Shown: one piece after another, positions 27,829 to 37,643 of the stretch
How positions within the stretch are numbered: the first letter of the stretch is position 1
Layout: the number at the start of each line of letters is the position of its first letter
IMG/VR virus record: IMGVR_UViG_3300033273_000550
Coordinates: 38,013-102,012 of that record
Length of the DNA stretch: 64,000 nucleotides
Source of the DNA: a virus
Reading direction: 5' to 3' (one strand)
The notes under the pieces: model-generated
What the model was told of the DNA's origin: nothing
The model's database searches: none
What the model saw: only the letters and a program-made list of their open reading frames with translations
Position numbers and translations under genes: made by a program

Positions 27829-29217
27829 ATGAACTCATACGGACCAAATGAATTTAGAGCAGTAGCACCAGGTGCCGGGAAAATTTTACTTTTCTACGAC
27901 ACAGACCTAATGCCTGGCGGTCAAGCTGTAATAGTTGAACAGATAAATATTAGTACAACTGATTGTGCCGGTAACAACAGAGCTACCGCTGTATCTAACT
28001 TAACCAGTATTACAATAGGAAGTAATACCTTTATCTTACAGAACCCTACAGCTTATAGCAGTCATTATAATTTCGATATAGGAGGTAAACCTCAAGCTCC
28101 TCGATCTACATACTATAATGAGGCTAACGATGGATCTTGTATAGATATAGATTTTGTTCCTACACCATTTGTAGAGTTTACATACAACGATTATAATGCA
28201 ACTTTAGGTAATGCACAAGAGTTAAGAAGATCAAACTTCTACTATGAAGTAGATAATGAAAGATCTGGCTCTTCTTCTAGACCTCAAAACATTATAAATA
28301 TTTTAAATGAGACTGCAGTAACTGCCTCTGTACAGGAATCTAATTATACTTCTCTTAGTATTACCCAAGGTAGATATGAAGGTACTACTACCGATGAAGA
28401 TGAATATGGAATACCAGCCGCATTAACTGGTAAAGTATTTAGAGGAGCTCTTTTTGATACTACAGCTGACCTAGGATTTATTATATCTTCAAGTCAAAAC
28501 GGCACCGTACAGTATAGAGAACTACTTCAAGTAGTTGATAGTAACTATTCGTTAGCAGTTGGTAATAATAGTCTTTACCATGTAAGAGGATCTAAAACTT
28601 TAGAAACTCCTAACGCTAGATACATAAATGTTCGTTACTCTAGCCTTACTTTGAGTAACATGCCTACTTATACTTTACCAACACTTTCTAATTCAGGTAG
28701 TTTGATGGTTACAGCATCTATGGCCTATCACGATTTAGCTACATATGAAGGCTCTGAAACTAATGTTAGAGCTATGCAAGACTTTGGAGGGTTTAAACCA
28801 GGAGAACCAATAATGCACGGTAGAGGTAATATATCCGGCTATACTAACCCAGCCTATGAGTTTGTAGCATTTAAAAGCTCTAGTTTCGATAGAGGTAATA
28901 CACTTTCTCGTACGTTTGAAACTACAGTATTTTTCCAAACCGGTAGTAGAAATTATCCTGAAGCTAAAATAGGATTTGATATTTTCGAAGATTATAATAC
29001 TAGAAACTCAGACAACACTATGGATGTAGGAAGAAGAACTTGGACTCAAGACCCTACAAACGTATATAAAGTAATAGGTGATAGTATATATGAATCATCT
29101 AACAATCAAATTAATAAAGTAGGAAATAAATTACTTTTAGTTGAATCTACCCAAGAAATTATGTATATTGATGAGAGCGGTAAGATTCTATTCAATATGG
29201 GTAATCAATTAACATAA
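27829..29217 (+). CDS. Hypothetical virion protein
   Basis: Ser/Thr/Gly-rich, structural context. Confidence 0.6.
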   Translation: MNSYGPNEFRAVAPGAGKILLFYDTDLMPGGQAVIVEQINISTTDCAGNNRATAVSNLTSITIGSNTFILQNPTAYSSHYNFDIGGKPQAPRSTYYNEANDGSCIDIDFVPTPFVEFTYNDYNATLGNAQELRRSNFYYEVDNERSGSSSRPQNIINILNETAVTASVQESNYTSLSITQGRYEGTTTDEDEYGIPAALTGKVFRGALFDTTADLGFIISSSQNGTVQYRELLQVVDSNYSLAVGNNSLYHVRGSKTLETPNARYINVRYSSLTLSNMPTYTLPTLSNSGSLMVTASMAYHDLATYEGSETNVRAMQDFGGFKPGEPIMHGRGNISGYTNPAYEFVAFKSSSFDRGNTLSRTFETTVFFQTGSRNYPEAKIGFDIFEDYNTRNSDNTMDVGRRTWTQDPTNVYKVIGDSIYESSNNQINKVGNKLLLVESTQEIMYIDESGKILFNMGNQLT

Positions 29218-29268
29218 GAAAATAAATAAAAGAAAAATTAATATATTTATATAAAAGAATAAAGTCAA

Positions 29269-29928
29269 ATGGGATACTTAAATAACAGCGTAGTAACAGT
29301 AGACGCTATCTTAACCAAAAAAGGAAGAGAGCTTTTAGCTAGAGGAGACGGCTCTTTCAAAATTACTCAATTTGCATTAGCAGATGATGAAATCGATTAT
29401 ACTCTTTATAATCCAACTCATCCATCTGGTTCGCAATATTATGGACAGGCTATTGAAAATATGCCTTTATTAGAAGCGTTTCCTGATGAAACGAAAATTA
29501 TGAAGTATAAGCTTGCTACTTTACCAAGAGGTACTTCTAAATTACCATTACTAGAAGCAGGATATTCTGCTATTAGATTAAAGCAAGGAGCTTCTCTAGC
29601 AATTACTCCTCAAACTTTAAACTATCTAGGAGCTACTTCTACTTTCGAAGCAGGAGGTTATACCGCAGAGATTGCCGATGTTAGAGTATTATCTAACTTT
29701 AGAGGAGTAGGAATCAATACAGAAGAAGCAGAAGCATTAAATACTAAAACTACCTTCGGTACTAACGTATCTAAAACAGTTATTGGTACTTCTATAAACT
29801 TAACTGCTACAACTGTAAATACTTTATTCGGTACAAATACTCAACTACAAACTACTATCCAAATTATAGGTAGAGATTCTGGAGCTAGAGTAACGATCCC
29901 AGTAACAATCATTAAAGTAAATCAGTAA
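29269..29928 (+). CDS. Tail-collar/fibre-attachment-like protein
   Basis: ILT.KGRELLA...ITQFALAD resembles a fibre N-terminal anchor domain. Confidence 0.55.
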   Translation: MGYLNNSVVTVDAILTKKGRELLARGDGSFKITQFALADDEIDYTLYNPTHPSGSQYYGQAIENMPLLEAFPDETKIMKYKLATLPRGTSKLPLLEAGYSAIRLKQGASLAITPQTLNYLGATSTFEAGGYTAEIADVRVLSNFRGVGINTEEAEALNTKTTFGTNVSKTVIGTSINLTATTVNTLFGTNTQLQTTIQIIGRDSGARVTIPVTIIKVNQ

Positions 29929-29930
29929 AA

Positions 29931-30917
29931 ATGTCGTATAAAAGATTTGACCAGGAAGATATAGTCGTTAGTTCAGACTCAGTTACTGCACCAGCTTGGA
30001 GTAATAACGTAGTTGAGCTATCAGACTTTTATTTAAAATCAACACAGATAAACGGAAGTAGTGGACCTTACTACCATAATGTATATGATACTGCAGCAAC
30101 TGAATCAATTCAATTTTCTGTAGCTCATGGTAATAGATTAGGTAGCGGTTCTGCAGCTTATGATGCAGCTGTACCATCAAAGTCATATAGTTCTACAGTT
30201 TACGGCCAGTTTAGAACTATGTTACTTGGAGATGAAGATACAGACTTTACCTTTGTAAGTAGTAGTACAACCTTAACCCCAGATAACGTTTTATTTATTT
30301 CTGTTGAAAGAGCTAGATATAAGGAAAAAATTCTACCTGGATCTTTATTTTTATCACTTTCAGGTTCAGGAGGAGAAGTTAAATTAGCTGATTACAGCTT
30401 AACAGCATCTACTGATACGTTTGTTGACGGTGGTAGAGTTTATTCAATCTATTCTGGTAGTAATTCAGGACTAGTAACAAGCACTGCAATCGAGTATGGA
30501 AAATTATATCCTGATGTAGGAGTTATAGCACTCAATGGTGATATTTTATCATCAAGTGATTATGTAGAGTTTGACGGTACTTCTTCTAACTATACTACAG
30601 ATAAAGCACATTTTCATTTTTACAACTCTATCGATACTGGTAGTTCGTTTAAATTAAGATCTGAAGAAACAGTATCATCTAATTATGTATTTATTAGAGC
30701 AAGAAACTCTGAGTTTAACTATTCAAACAACCCATCTAATATTACAGGTTCAGGAGAATTAAGACACAGTGTAATGATTGATAGTCCTCAGGCATACGTT
30801 ACAGCAGTAGGTTTATATAACGACAATAACGATTTATTAGCAGTAGCTAAACTATCAACACCTCTATTAAAAGATTTTACTAAAGAAGCATTAGTTAGAG
30901 TTAAACTTGACTATTAA
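29931..30917 (+). CDS. Tail-collar/baseplate structural protein
   Basis: C-terminal YVTAVGLYND..DLLAVAKL..PL.K. Confidence 0.65.
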   Translation: MSYKRFDQEDIVVSSDSVTAPAWSNNVVELSDFYLKSTQINGSSGPYYHNVYDTAATESIQFSVAHGNRLGSGSAAYDAAVPSKSYSSTVYGQFRTMLLGDEDTDFTFVSSSTTLTPDNVLFISVERARYKEKILPGSLFLSLSGSGGEVKLADYSLTASTDTFVDGGRVYSIYSGSNSGLVTSTAIEYGKLYPDVGVIALNGDILSSSDYVEFDGTSSNYTTDKAHFHFYNSIDTGSSFKLRSEETVSSNYVFIRARNSEFNYSNNPSNITGSGELRHSVMIDSPQAYVTAVGLYNDNNDLLAVAKLSTPLLKDFTKEALVRVKLDY

Positions 30918-30920
30918 TGA

Positions 30921-33653
30921 ATGGGTGCTTGGAAAAAGTTAAAACAGCAAGACGTCTACATAACCACGTATGTAGCTAATAAGGAATTTACCTTATCCGG
31001 TAGTGCTTTAATTAGTTCCAGCATTATATTTATCCCTTATGGTGAAACCGTTACTACAACTATAACTCCTACTCCAACTATAACACCATCTGTTACTCCA
31101 ACCCTTACAGTAACACCAACCATAACACCAACAGCAGATGCGAGTCCAACTCCTACTGCAACAGTTACCCCAACCGTTACACCTACTACAACAGTAACTC
31201 CTACTGTTTCTATTACACCGAGTACTACACCATCTAATACTCCAACCATAACTCCTACTACTACTGTTTCGGTTACTCCAAGTATTACCCCTACTAATAC
31301 TCCTGATGTATCACCTACACCAAGCGTGACACCATCAATTACTCCTTCTATTACTCCGACTAATACTCCTGATGTATCACCAACACCTTCTATTACGCCT
31401 TCAATTACACCGTCGATCACCCCGACTAATACTCCTGATGCATCACCTACTCCGAGTATTACACCTTCTATTACTCCGAGTATTACACCTTCTAATAGTC
31501 CTTCTATTACACCATCAATTACTCCAAGTATAACACCAAGTAATACACCTACTTTAACTCCTTCTATTACTCCAAGTATTACACCATCTACAACCCCTCC
31601 TATTACACCATCAGTAACACCTACTAATACAGCAACCGGTACACCATCACCATCAGTATCGGTGACTCCTTCTATTACACCATCAGTAACTCCATCAATT
31701 ACTCCTAGTATCACACCAACTGGTACTCCTGATCCTACATTAACTAATACTCCTACAGCAACAGTAACTCCAACTATAACTCCAACAGTGAGTCCTACTA
31801 TTACTCCATCAATTACACCTACTAAAACTGCTACAGTAACTCCAACAGTGAGTCCTACTGTTACCCCGTCTATTACACCTACTAACACACCAACGGTTAG
31901 TCCTAGTGTAACACCGTCTGTTACACCATCAATTACTCCTAGTATTACACCATCTGTAACTCCTTCTATTACTCCTACTTTAACCCCATCGGTTACTCCT
32001 TCTATCACACCATCAGTAACTCCTACATTAACACCAACAGTTACACCTTCTGATGCATTAGATGGTAGGTATTATAGATTAGCAGAAACATTAGAAGAAG
32101 CATGTTATGGTACTGGTGGTTCAACTATATTAGTATACGATGCTGATCAGCCATTAGAGCAAGGAGAGTATCTATATCAATCACCAAATGGTACTAACTT
32201 CTGGACTTGGACTGAATTACAGAATGAATTAAGTACATCACAGAATTCACTTTACCTATTTGATACATCGATGGGTAATACAACTATACTTACCATTGGA
32301 GATAACGGAGGTAATGGGTATGTCTATTCAACAGGAACTTGTCCTACACAAACTCCAACACCAACAGTAACTCCTACATTAACACCGAGTTTAACACCTT
32401 CTCTTACTCCAAGCATAACTCCTTCAGTAACTTCAACACCTGCTGATTGTCAAGAGTATCAAATCTCCAACTACAGCTTGAGTCAAAACTTAACATATAC
32501 ATTCACAGACTGTAACGGTCACGCTTATCCAACACAAACTCTAGCTCCTGATAGCGATACTATAGTATGTGCAACTGATACTCCTGTAAGAGTAGGTGGA
32601 TCGAATTCATACGACATAAGTAGTTTAGGAGTATGTAGTCCTGTTCCTTCTCCAACACCTACTGTAACTCCTACGATAGTTTGGAACTCAGTTACTGGAG
32701 TAGGCTACAGTAACGCTAGCTCTGATGCTGCTTGTACTGCTGCTCCTAGTCAATTACCAAGTACTACACTTTACTGGTATGCTTCTGATGGTTCTACTCT
32801 AGCAGATGCAACTAGAATATTTAGTGCTCCTGATAACTTTAGTGAAGTGACTCAAGGATGGTGGTCTGATGGTCAATATTGGATCTTTGCTAATAACTCT
32901 GATAGTCTACCTGGTAGTCAAGTAACTTCTGCTGGTTCTTGTCCTGCTACACCAACACCTACACCAACACCAACAATTACTCCAACAATTACATCTACTC
33001 CTACTCCTACAGTAACTCCTACTACTTCACCGACTAAATTCTTAGTAGGAACTATAACAAGCTTCTCAGGTACTGAAAGCTCTGCAGGTCTAGCTTGTGC
33101 TCAATTTACTGCTACAGGATTCTATGCTAATGTAACATCGTTTAGTGCTATAACAACAGGTACAGTAATTTACGAAACTTCTACAAGTGCAGCATTTAAT
33201 GGTCAATCGTACTGGTACGGTATTGCTTCTAGTACTGGAGAACCTACTCATGCTATTCAAATTAATAACGTAGGTCAAGTAATTAATAAAGTAAGCTGTA
33301 GCACTCCAACACCAACTCCAACTACTAGCGTACCTGTAACACCAACTCCAACACCAACTCCAACTGAAACACCTTCAGGAGGACCTGGATTAGGAGGTTG
33401 TACTAGCTTTACTGGTTCAGCAAGATTTACTAATGCAGCAAGTGCTTGTTCTGGATTAATTGCAACAACCTACTATCACGACGGTTCAAGTGCTGATCCT
33501 CAAGTAGGAGATTTAATTTTTACTGATTCTTCCTGCTCAACTTCGGCAGGAAACGGATCGAATACTCAATACATTGCTATTGGAACAGGTCTACAGTTTA
33601 TTTCTATAAACACTTTAGGAGAAGTAACAGCAATTACAACTTGTAGCTTCTAA
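30921..33653 (+). CDS. Thr-Pro repeat fibre/adhesin with Cys-paired C-terminal domains
   Basis: ~330 aa of T-P-[ST]-[IV] repeats, then five Cys-bounded domains with PT linkers. Confidence 0.8.
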   Translation: MGAWKKLKQQDVYITTYVANKEFTLSGSALISSSIIFIPYGETVTTTITPTPTITPSVTPTLTVTPTITPTADASPTPTATVTPTVTPTTTVTPTVSITPSTTPSNTPTITPTTTVSVTPSITPTNTPDVSPTPSVTPSITPSITPTNTPDVSPTPSITPSITPSITPTNTPDASPTPSITPSITPSITPSNSPSITPSITPSITPSNTPTLTPSITPSITPSTTPPITPSVTPTNTATGTPSPSVSVTPSITPSVTPSITPSITPTGTPDPTLTNTPTATVTPTITPTVSPTITPSITPTKTATVTPTVSPTVTPSITPTNTPTVSPSVTPSVTPSITPSITPSVTPSITPTLTPSVTPSITPSVTPTLTPTVTPSDALDGRYYRLAETLEEACYGTGGSTILVYDADQPLEQGEYLYQSPNGTNFWTWTELQNELSTSQNSLYLFDTSMGNTTILTIGDNGGNGYVYSTGTCPTQTPTPTVTPTLTPSLTPSLTPSITPSVTSTPADCQEYQISNYSLSQNLTYTFTDCNGHAYPTQTLAPDSDTIVCATDTPVRVGGSNSYDISSLGVCSPVPSPTPTVTPTIVWNSVTGVGYSNASSDAACTAAPSQLPSTTLYWYASDGSTLADATRIFSAPDNFSEVTQGWWSDGQYWIFANNSDSLPGSQVTSAGSCPATPTPTPTPTITPTITSTPTPTVTPTTSPTKFLVGTITSFSGTESSAGLACAQFTATGFYANVTSFSAITTGTVIYETSTSAAFNGQSYWYGIASSTGEPTHAIQINNVGQVINKVSCSTPTPTPTTSVPVTPTPTPTPTETPSGGPGLGGCTSFTGSARFTNAASACSGLIATTYYHDGSSADPQVGDLIFTDSSCSTSAGNGSNTQYIAIGTGLQFISINTLGEVTAITTCSF
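31047..32050 (+). repeat. Degenerate 12-nt coding tandem repeat (TPSI/TPTV)
   Basis: Visible in both DNA and protein; higher-order TNTPD[VA]SP units. Confidence 0.9.
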
Positions 33654-33685
33654 GTTGTTTAAAAGAAATAAAACTAATATATTAT
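33654..33685 (+). promoter_or_regulatory. Early/middle promoter
   Basis: GTTG-N20-TATATTAT. Confidence 0.65.
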
Positions 33686-33688
33686 AGT

Positions 33689-34168
33689 ATGGTAACAGTA
33701 CCCGGATGGACATACAACGGAAAACCAATCACAGAAATATCTGATATGCCTGAAGGAACTTATGGCTTTATTTACGAAGTACATCATATACCTACAGGTT
33801 TAAAGTATATAGGTAAAAAAGTTCTTTACTTTGAACGTAATAAACGCTTAGGAAAACGAGCACTTGAAGCCTTGAGACAAGAAAGAAAAGCAAAAGGTAT
33901 AGGAGGAAGAGTTCCATTAAAGCAGAAAGTAATAACAGAATCAGACTGGAAAGATTATTATGGATCCCATCCTGAAATAAAAAAACTAGTAAAAGAAAGT
34001 TCGCCACTAGATTGGACTAAAAATATTTTACAGTACGTTAGTAATAAAAAGCATTTAACGTATTTTGAATGTAAATACCTATTTATTAAAGAAGCCTTAG
34101 ATACTCGTTCAAATTATATAAACGATAATATACTAGGAAAATTCTATAGGAAAGATTTTTTATTATGA
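33689..34168 (+). CDS. GIY-YIG (Seg-like) endonuclease family protein
   Basis: GFIY...YIGKK, W..YYGS, E and YIN.NI motifs. Confidence 0.8.
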   Translation: MVTVPGWTYNGKPITEISDMPEGTYGFIYEVHHIPTGLKYIGKKVLYFERNKRLGKRALEALRQERKAKGIGGRVPLKQKVITESDWKDYYGSHPEIKKLVKESSPLDWTKNILQYVSNKKHLTYFECKYLFIKEALDTRSNYINDNILGKFYRKDFLL

Positions 34169-34950
34169 TAAAATTACAAGAAATAGTCGGAGTACCTTCA
34201 TTACAGTATCATATTGATAATGGACTAAGCTTACACGATAATGTCTACCGTTATAGTTCTGATGCTTTTATTAATCTATTTAAAGAAGCGAGAGAAGCTC
34301 ATAGAGACGGTAAAATACAGCTTAACGAAGAAGATACGAAGCTAATCGAGACCACTGATATAGGAGAATACGGGGAGTATAATGGAATGAAAGTTCCTTT
34401 AGATTTACCTATGGTTTCTCCAAAGTATAACCCTCTGTTTGAAATCGGCTGTATGATCGACGAAATGATCGAAGATGAAAATACAATCGATGAAGCTTCT
34501 TCGATAGATGAGATGATTGATTATGATTTAATCAAAGAATTGGTAGAATCTATTGGGGGTAACATAAACATGGACAAGTTTAGAAAAGCAGTACAAATTC
34601 AAAATGAATCATTTGATTACAATGGCTTTGAAATGCTTAAAGCGTCTGTTGATTACATACCGGAAGCTGAATACAGAGGCAAAAAGGTTCAGTTAAATAA
34701 ACCCAAGAGAGGTGGTTCAAAAAAGTTTTACGTTTATGTAAAATCAAAAAAAGGAAATGTTAAAAAAGTTTCTTTTGGTGACACAGGTCTTTCAGTAAAG
34801 TTAAAAAAGAGAGGTGCAAGAGCTTCTTTTGCTGCTAGACATAAATGTGCTCAAAAGAAAGATAAAACAAAAGCAGGTTACTGGTCTTGTAATATTGGCC
34901 GTTACTGGAAATCATTAGGCGGTGGATCAAACTTCTCAGGTTACTGGTAG
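34165..34950 (+). CDS. Multidomain putative head protein with basic C-terminal domain
   Basis: MIKLQEI leader; EAEYRG..KKFYVYV..VSFGD..SFAARH.C..AGYWSC. Confidence 0.6.
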   Translation: MIKLQEIVGVPSLQYHIDNGLSLHDNVYRYSSDAFINLFKEAREAHRDGKIQLNEEDTKLIETTDIGEYGEYNGMKVPLDLPMVSPKYNPLFEIGCMIDEMIEDENTIDEASSIDEMIDYDLIKELVESIGGNINMDKFRKAVQIQNESFDYNGFEMLKASVDYIPEAEYRGKKVQLNKPKRGGSKKFYVYVKSKKGNVKKVSFGDTGLSVKLKKRGARASFAARHKCAQKKDKTKAGYWSCNIGRYWKSLGGGSNFSGYW

Positions 34951-35209
34951 ACCATACTCTGAATTAGAGCAAGATGGTTATATAATAAGAGAGTTCTCTC
35001 AAGCTACTCCTTCATTTGAATTAGTATGGCATAGAGATAAAAAGGATAGGTATGTAGAATGCTTACATGAAACTGATTGGATGTTTCAATTAGACAATGA
35101 ATTACCTACAAGATTATCGAAAAACAAACTATTTATACCAAAAGAGACATATCACCGTTTAATAAAAGGAACAGGTGATTTAATAGTTAAAATAAAAGAA
35201 ATTGGCTAA
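34922..35209 (+). CDS. Small cupin-like protein
   Basis: WHRD...W.FQ.D..LP...IPK..YHRL. Confidence 0.55.
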   Translation: MDQTSQVTGRPYSELEQDGYIIREFSQATPSFELVWHRDKKDRYVECLHETDWMFQLDNELPTRLSKNKLFIPKETYHRLIKGTGDLIVKIKEIG

Positions 35210-35339
35210 AGGTATCAATTTAGGTTCGTACAGAGAAAAGGTTAAGAAGAAGCGTCCTGGTATTCATGCTAAGACTAAATCTTCTAAAAGCAAGAACTCT
35301 AAGAACTACCTTAAAGCTTATAGAGGACAAGGCAAATGA
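35202..35339 (+). CDS. 45-aa basic peptide ending YRGQGK, not in the ORF track
   Basis: TTG start; ATGA overlap with the next gene. Confidence 0.6.
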   Translation: MAKGINLGSYREKVKKKRPGIHAKTKSSKSKNSKNYLKAYRGQGK

Positions 35340-35695
35340 AACTATCAGACATTATCTTAGCAGAAAGCACTAAAGTAGTTAGTTTAAAAGATTTAACTTT
35401 TGATCTACTTGTGTCTATATTTAGAGATAAACCATTGTTTGGTTTTAATTTACCAAACCCAGACGACACTAGCAATAGTGTAAATAGTGATACCCAACTA
35501 GGATATTGGAAATCTAAAATAGAAGACAGGTACGGTAATGTTAACATTAAGATAGATACAGAAGCATCTTCTCCTTGGGAGAAAATACAAGTTCTTGATG
35601 ATAAGTTTAGAGCTGATAAAAAAGCATATGTAGACAGTAAAGCTGCTTGGTTAGATAAAGAAAGACAAGCAGGTAGATCATTTGGTTTAGATTAA
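35336..35695 (+). CDS. Putative internal head protein
   Basis: MKLSDIILAE leader. Confidence 0.6.
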   Translation: MKLSDIILAESTKVVSLKDLTFDLLVSIFRDKPLFGFNLPNPDDTSNSVNSDTQLGYWKSKIEDRYGNVNIKIDTEASSPWEKIQVLDDKFRADKKAYVDSKAAWLDKERQAGRSFGLD

Positions 35696-35699
35696 TATT

Positions 35700-35891
35700 A
35701 TGAAGTTATCAAAAGTCATTTTAGAAAATAATAAGATAGTAGAAAAGAAAGAGCTTCATTTAACTGAAGAAGATATTAATACTATTGCATCATTAATTGC
35801 TGAAAAACTAGACGATTATTTAGATGTAGGTAATGATACTATCTTAAAACAAGCAGTATCTGAGGCAATCTCGGAAGTAACTACGAAATAA
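35700..35891 (+). CDS. Putative internal head protein
   Basis: MKLSKVILE leader. Confidence 0.6.
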   Translation: MKLSKVILENNKIVEKKELHLTEEDINTIASLIAEKLDDYLDVGNDTILKQAVSEAISEVTTK

Positions 35892-35923
35892 GTTGCTTGT
35901 TAGAAGGTTTATTCTTATATTAT
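35892..35923 (+). promoter_or_regulatory. Early/middle promoter for primase
   Basis: GTTG-N20-TATATTAT. Confidence 0.65.
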
Positions 35924-35940
35924 AGTATAAGTTATGGACC

Positions 35941-36864
35941 ATGGACTACACTTTTCTTTTAGGTAGTATTGAAAGTATACTAGGCAAAAGTCACAAGAGA
36001 GCTAGAGATAATCATGCTTTTCACTGTCCTTTTTGTAATCATAGAAAACCTAAACTAGAAATAGACTTAGCTACTAACTCTGAAGGTAAGAATTTCTGGG
36101 AGTGTTGGGTTTGTAGAACGAGAGGTACTACTATTCGTTCATTACTTTACCAGTTAAAAATACCAAAACCACAGGCAGCGGAGATACTAAAATATGTTCC
36201 TAGAGGAAATGATATAGAGTATAAACAGCTATCTATAATAGAATTACCAGAAGAGTATCAGTTATTGAGTAAAGCTACCTCTACGTCAATAATAGCTAAT
36301 AAGGTAAAAAAATATTTATATGACAGAGGACTTACCGATAATGATTTTATTAAATACGACGTCGGATATTGTACAACTGGAGACTATGGAGGAAGAATTA
36401 TTATCCCAAGCTATTCTGAATCGAACCAGCTCAATTATTTTATTGCTAGAACTTATGAGGGTTCCTACTATAAGTACAAAAATCCTGAAGTCTCAAAGGA
36501 CGTAATATTTTTTGAGAATTTAATTAATTGGGATCAACCGGTTATTCTTTGTGAAGGAGTTTTTGATGCTATAGCTATAAGGCGAAACGCTATACCTATT
36601 TTAGGTAAAAGTTTATCTACTAAACTTATTAAAAAGTTAATTACTTCTAAATTTAAAGATTTATATATAGCTCTAGATACAGATGCTAGAGATCGAGCAT
36701 TAGAAATTGCAGAACAGTTTCAATCATATGATAAAAGGGTTTTCTTAATAGACTTACCTGATAAGGATCCTAGTGAAATGGGATTCATTAACTTTACCAA
36801 ATTAATTCAATCAGCAGAAGAATTAGATTTATCTAGTTTAATGATGCACAAATTACAATTATGA
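35941..36864 (+). CDS. DNA primase (Zn finger + TOPRIM)
   Basis: CPFC...CWVC, RIIIP, KYKN, EGVFD, LD.D and KDP motifs. Confidence 0.9.
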   Translation: MDYTFLLGSIESILGKSHKRARDNHAFHCPFCNHRKPKLEIDLATNSEGKNFWECWVCRTRGTTIRSLLYQLKIPKPQAAEILKYVPRGNDIEYKQLSIIELPEEYQLLSKATSTSIIANKVKKYLYDRGLTDNDFIKYDVGYCTTGDYGGRIIIPSYSESNQLNYFIARTYEGSYYKYKNPEVSKDVIFFENLINWDQPVILCEGVFDAIAIRRNAIPILGKSLSTKLIKKLITSKFKDLYIALDTDARDRALEIAEQFQSYDKRVFLIDLPDKDPSEMGFINFTKLIQSAEELDLSSLMMHKLQL

Positions 36865-37643
36865 TAAAACAAGGAATGAACATTCTAGAACAGAATGAAA
36901 AAAACAGACTTGATTTTAACCCCGAACTTAAACAGATCAACTTCTTAGATAGAAGAGTATATAAGAGAGGCGAAGGAGTATATTATCCGTCCGTAACTAC
37001 AATACTCCAGTATATGCCCAAGAATAAGTTTTTTGAGTCTTGGCTTAAAGACGTTGGGCATAACGCCGATCTTATTATGAAAAGAGCAGGTAAAGAAGGT
37101 ACACAAGTTCATGAAGCAGCTGAAGCTCTAGTAAAAGGACAAGAAGTATCTTGGATGGATGATTACGGTAATGCAAGGTATTCTCAAATAGTATGGGAAA
37201 TGATTCTTAAGTTTCACGATTTCTGGACAACTTATAAACCAGAATTAATATCTACAGAAGAGTTTGTATGGTCAGATGAGCATAAGTATGCAGGAACGGC
37301 TGACTTGGTTGTAAAGATGAACGATGAGGTTTGGTTGTTAGATATTAAAACTTCTAACTCTATACACAAATCATATGACCTTCAGTTAGCTTCATATGCT
37401 AAAGCATTAGGGGAATCAAAAGGTATTAATATAGAAAGAACAGGTATAATTTGGTTAAAAGCTCAATCAAGAGGACCATCAAAACAGAAGAACGTAATTC
37501 AAGGAAAAGGCTGGAAAGTATTGCAGATTGATGAGATAGATAAGAACTTTGAACTCTTTAAGATGATATACGAACTGTATAAGTTAGAAAACCCTGTTAC
37601 AGAACCTATTTATAATAGTTACCCAACATCAATAAAACTATGA
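36861..37643 (+). CDS. PD-(D/E)XK exonuclease
   Basis: PSVTTIL, GT.VH, E..AGTAD..DIKTS and QL..YA motifs. Confidence 0.88.
   Translation: MIKQGMNILEQNEKNRLDFNPELKQINFLDRRVYKRGEGVYYPSVTTILQYMPKNKFFESWLKDVGHNADLIMKRAGKEGTQVHEAAEALVKGQEVSWMDDYGNARYSQIVWEMILKFHDFWTTYKPELISTEEFVWSDEHKYAGTADLVVKMNDEVWLLDIKTSNSIHKSYDLQLASYAKALGESKGINIERTGIIWLKAQSRGPSKQKNVIQGKGWKVLQIDEIDKNFELFKMIYELYKLENPVTEPIYNSYPTSIKL

Noticed and set aside
31037-32008. 323-aa minus-strand Gly/Val-rich ORF
   Set aside because: Antisense shadow of the Thr-Pro repeat; no promoter or leader.
30921-33653. Diversity-generating retroelement target
   Set aside because: No reverse transcriptase or adenine-variant template/variable repeat pair is seen in this window.
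36861-37643. Cas4 indicating a CRISPR system
   Set aside because: It lacks the four-Cys Fe-S pattern and sits beside primase like a typical phage exonuclease.
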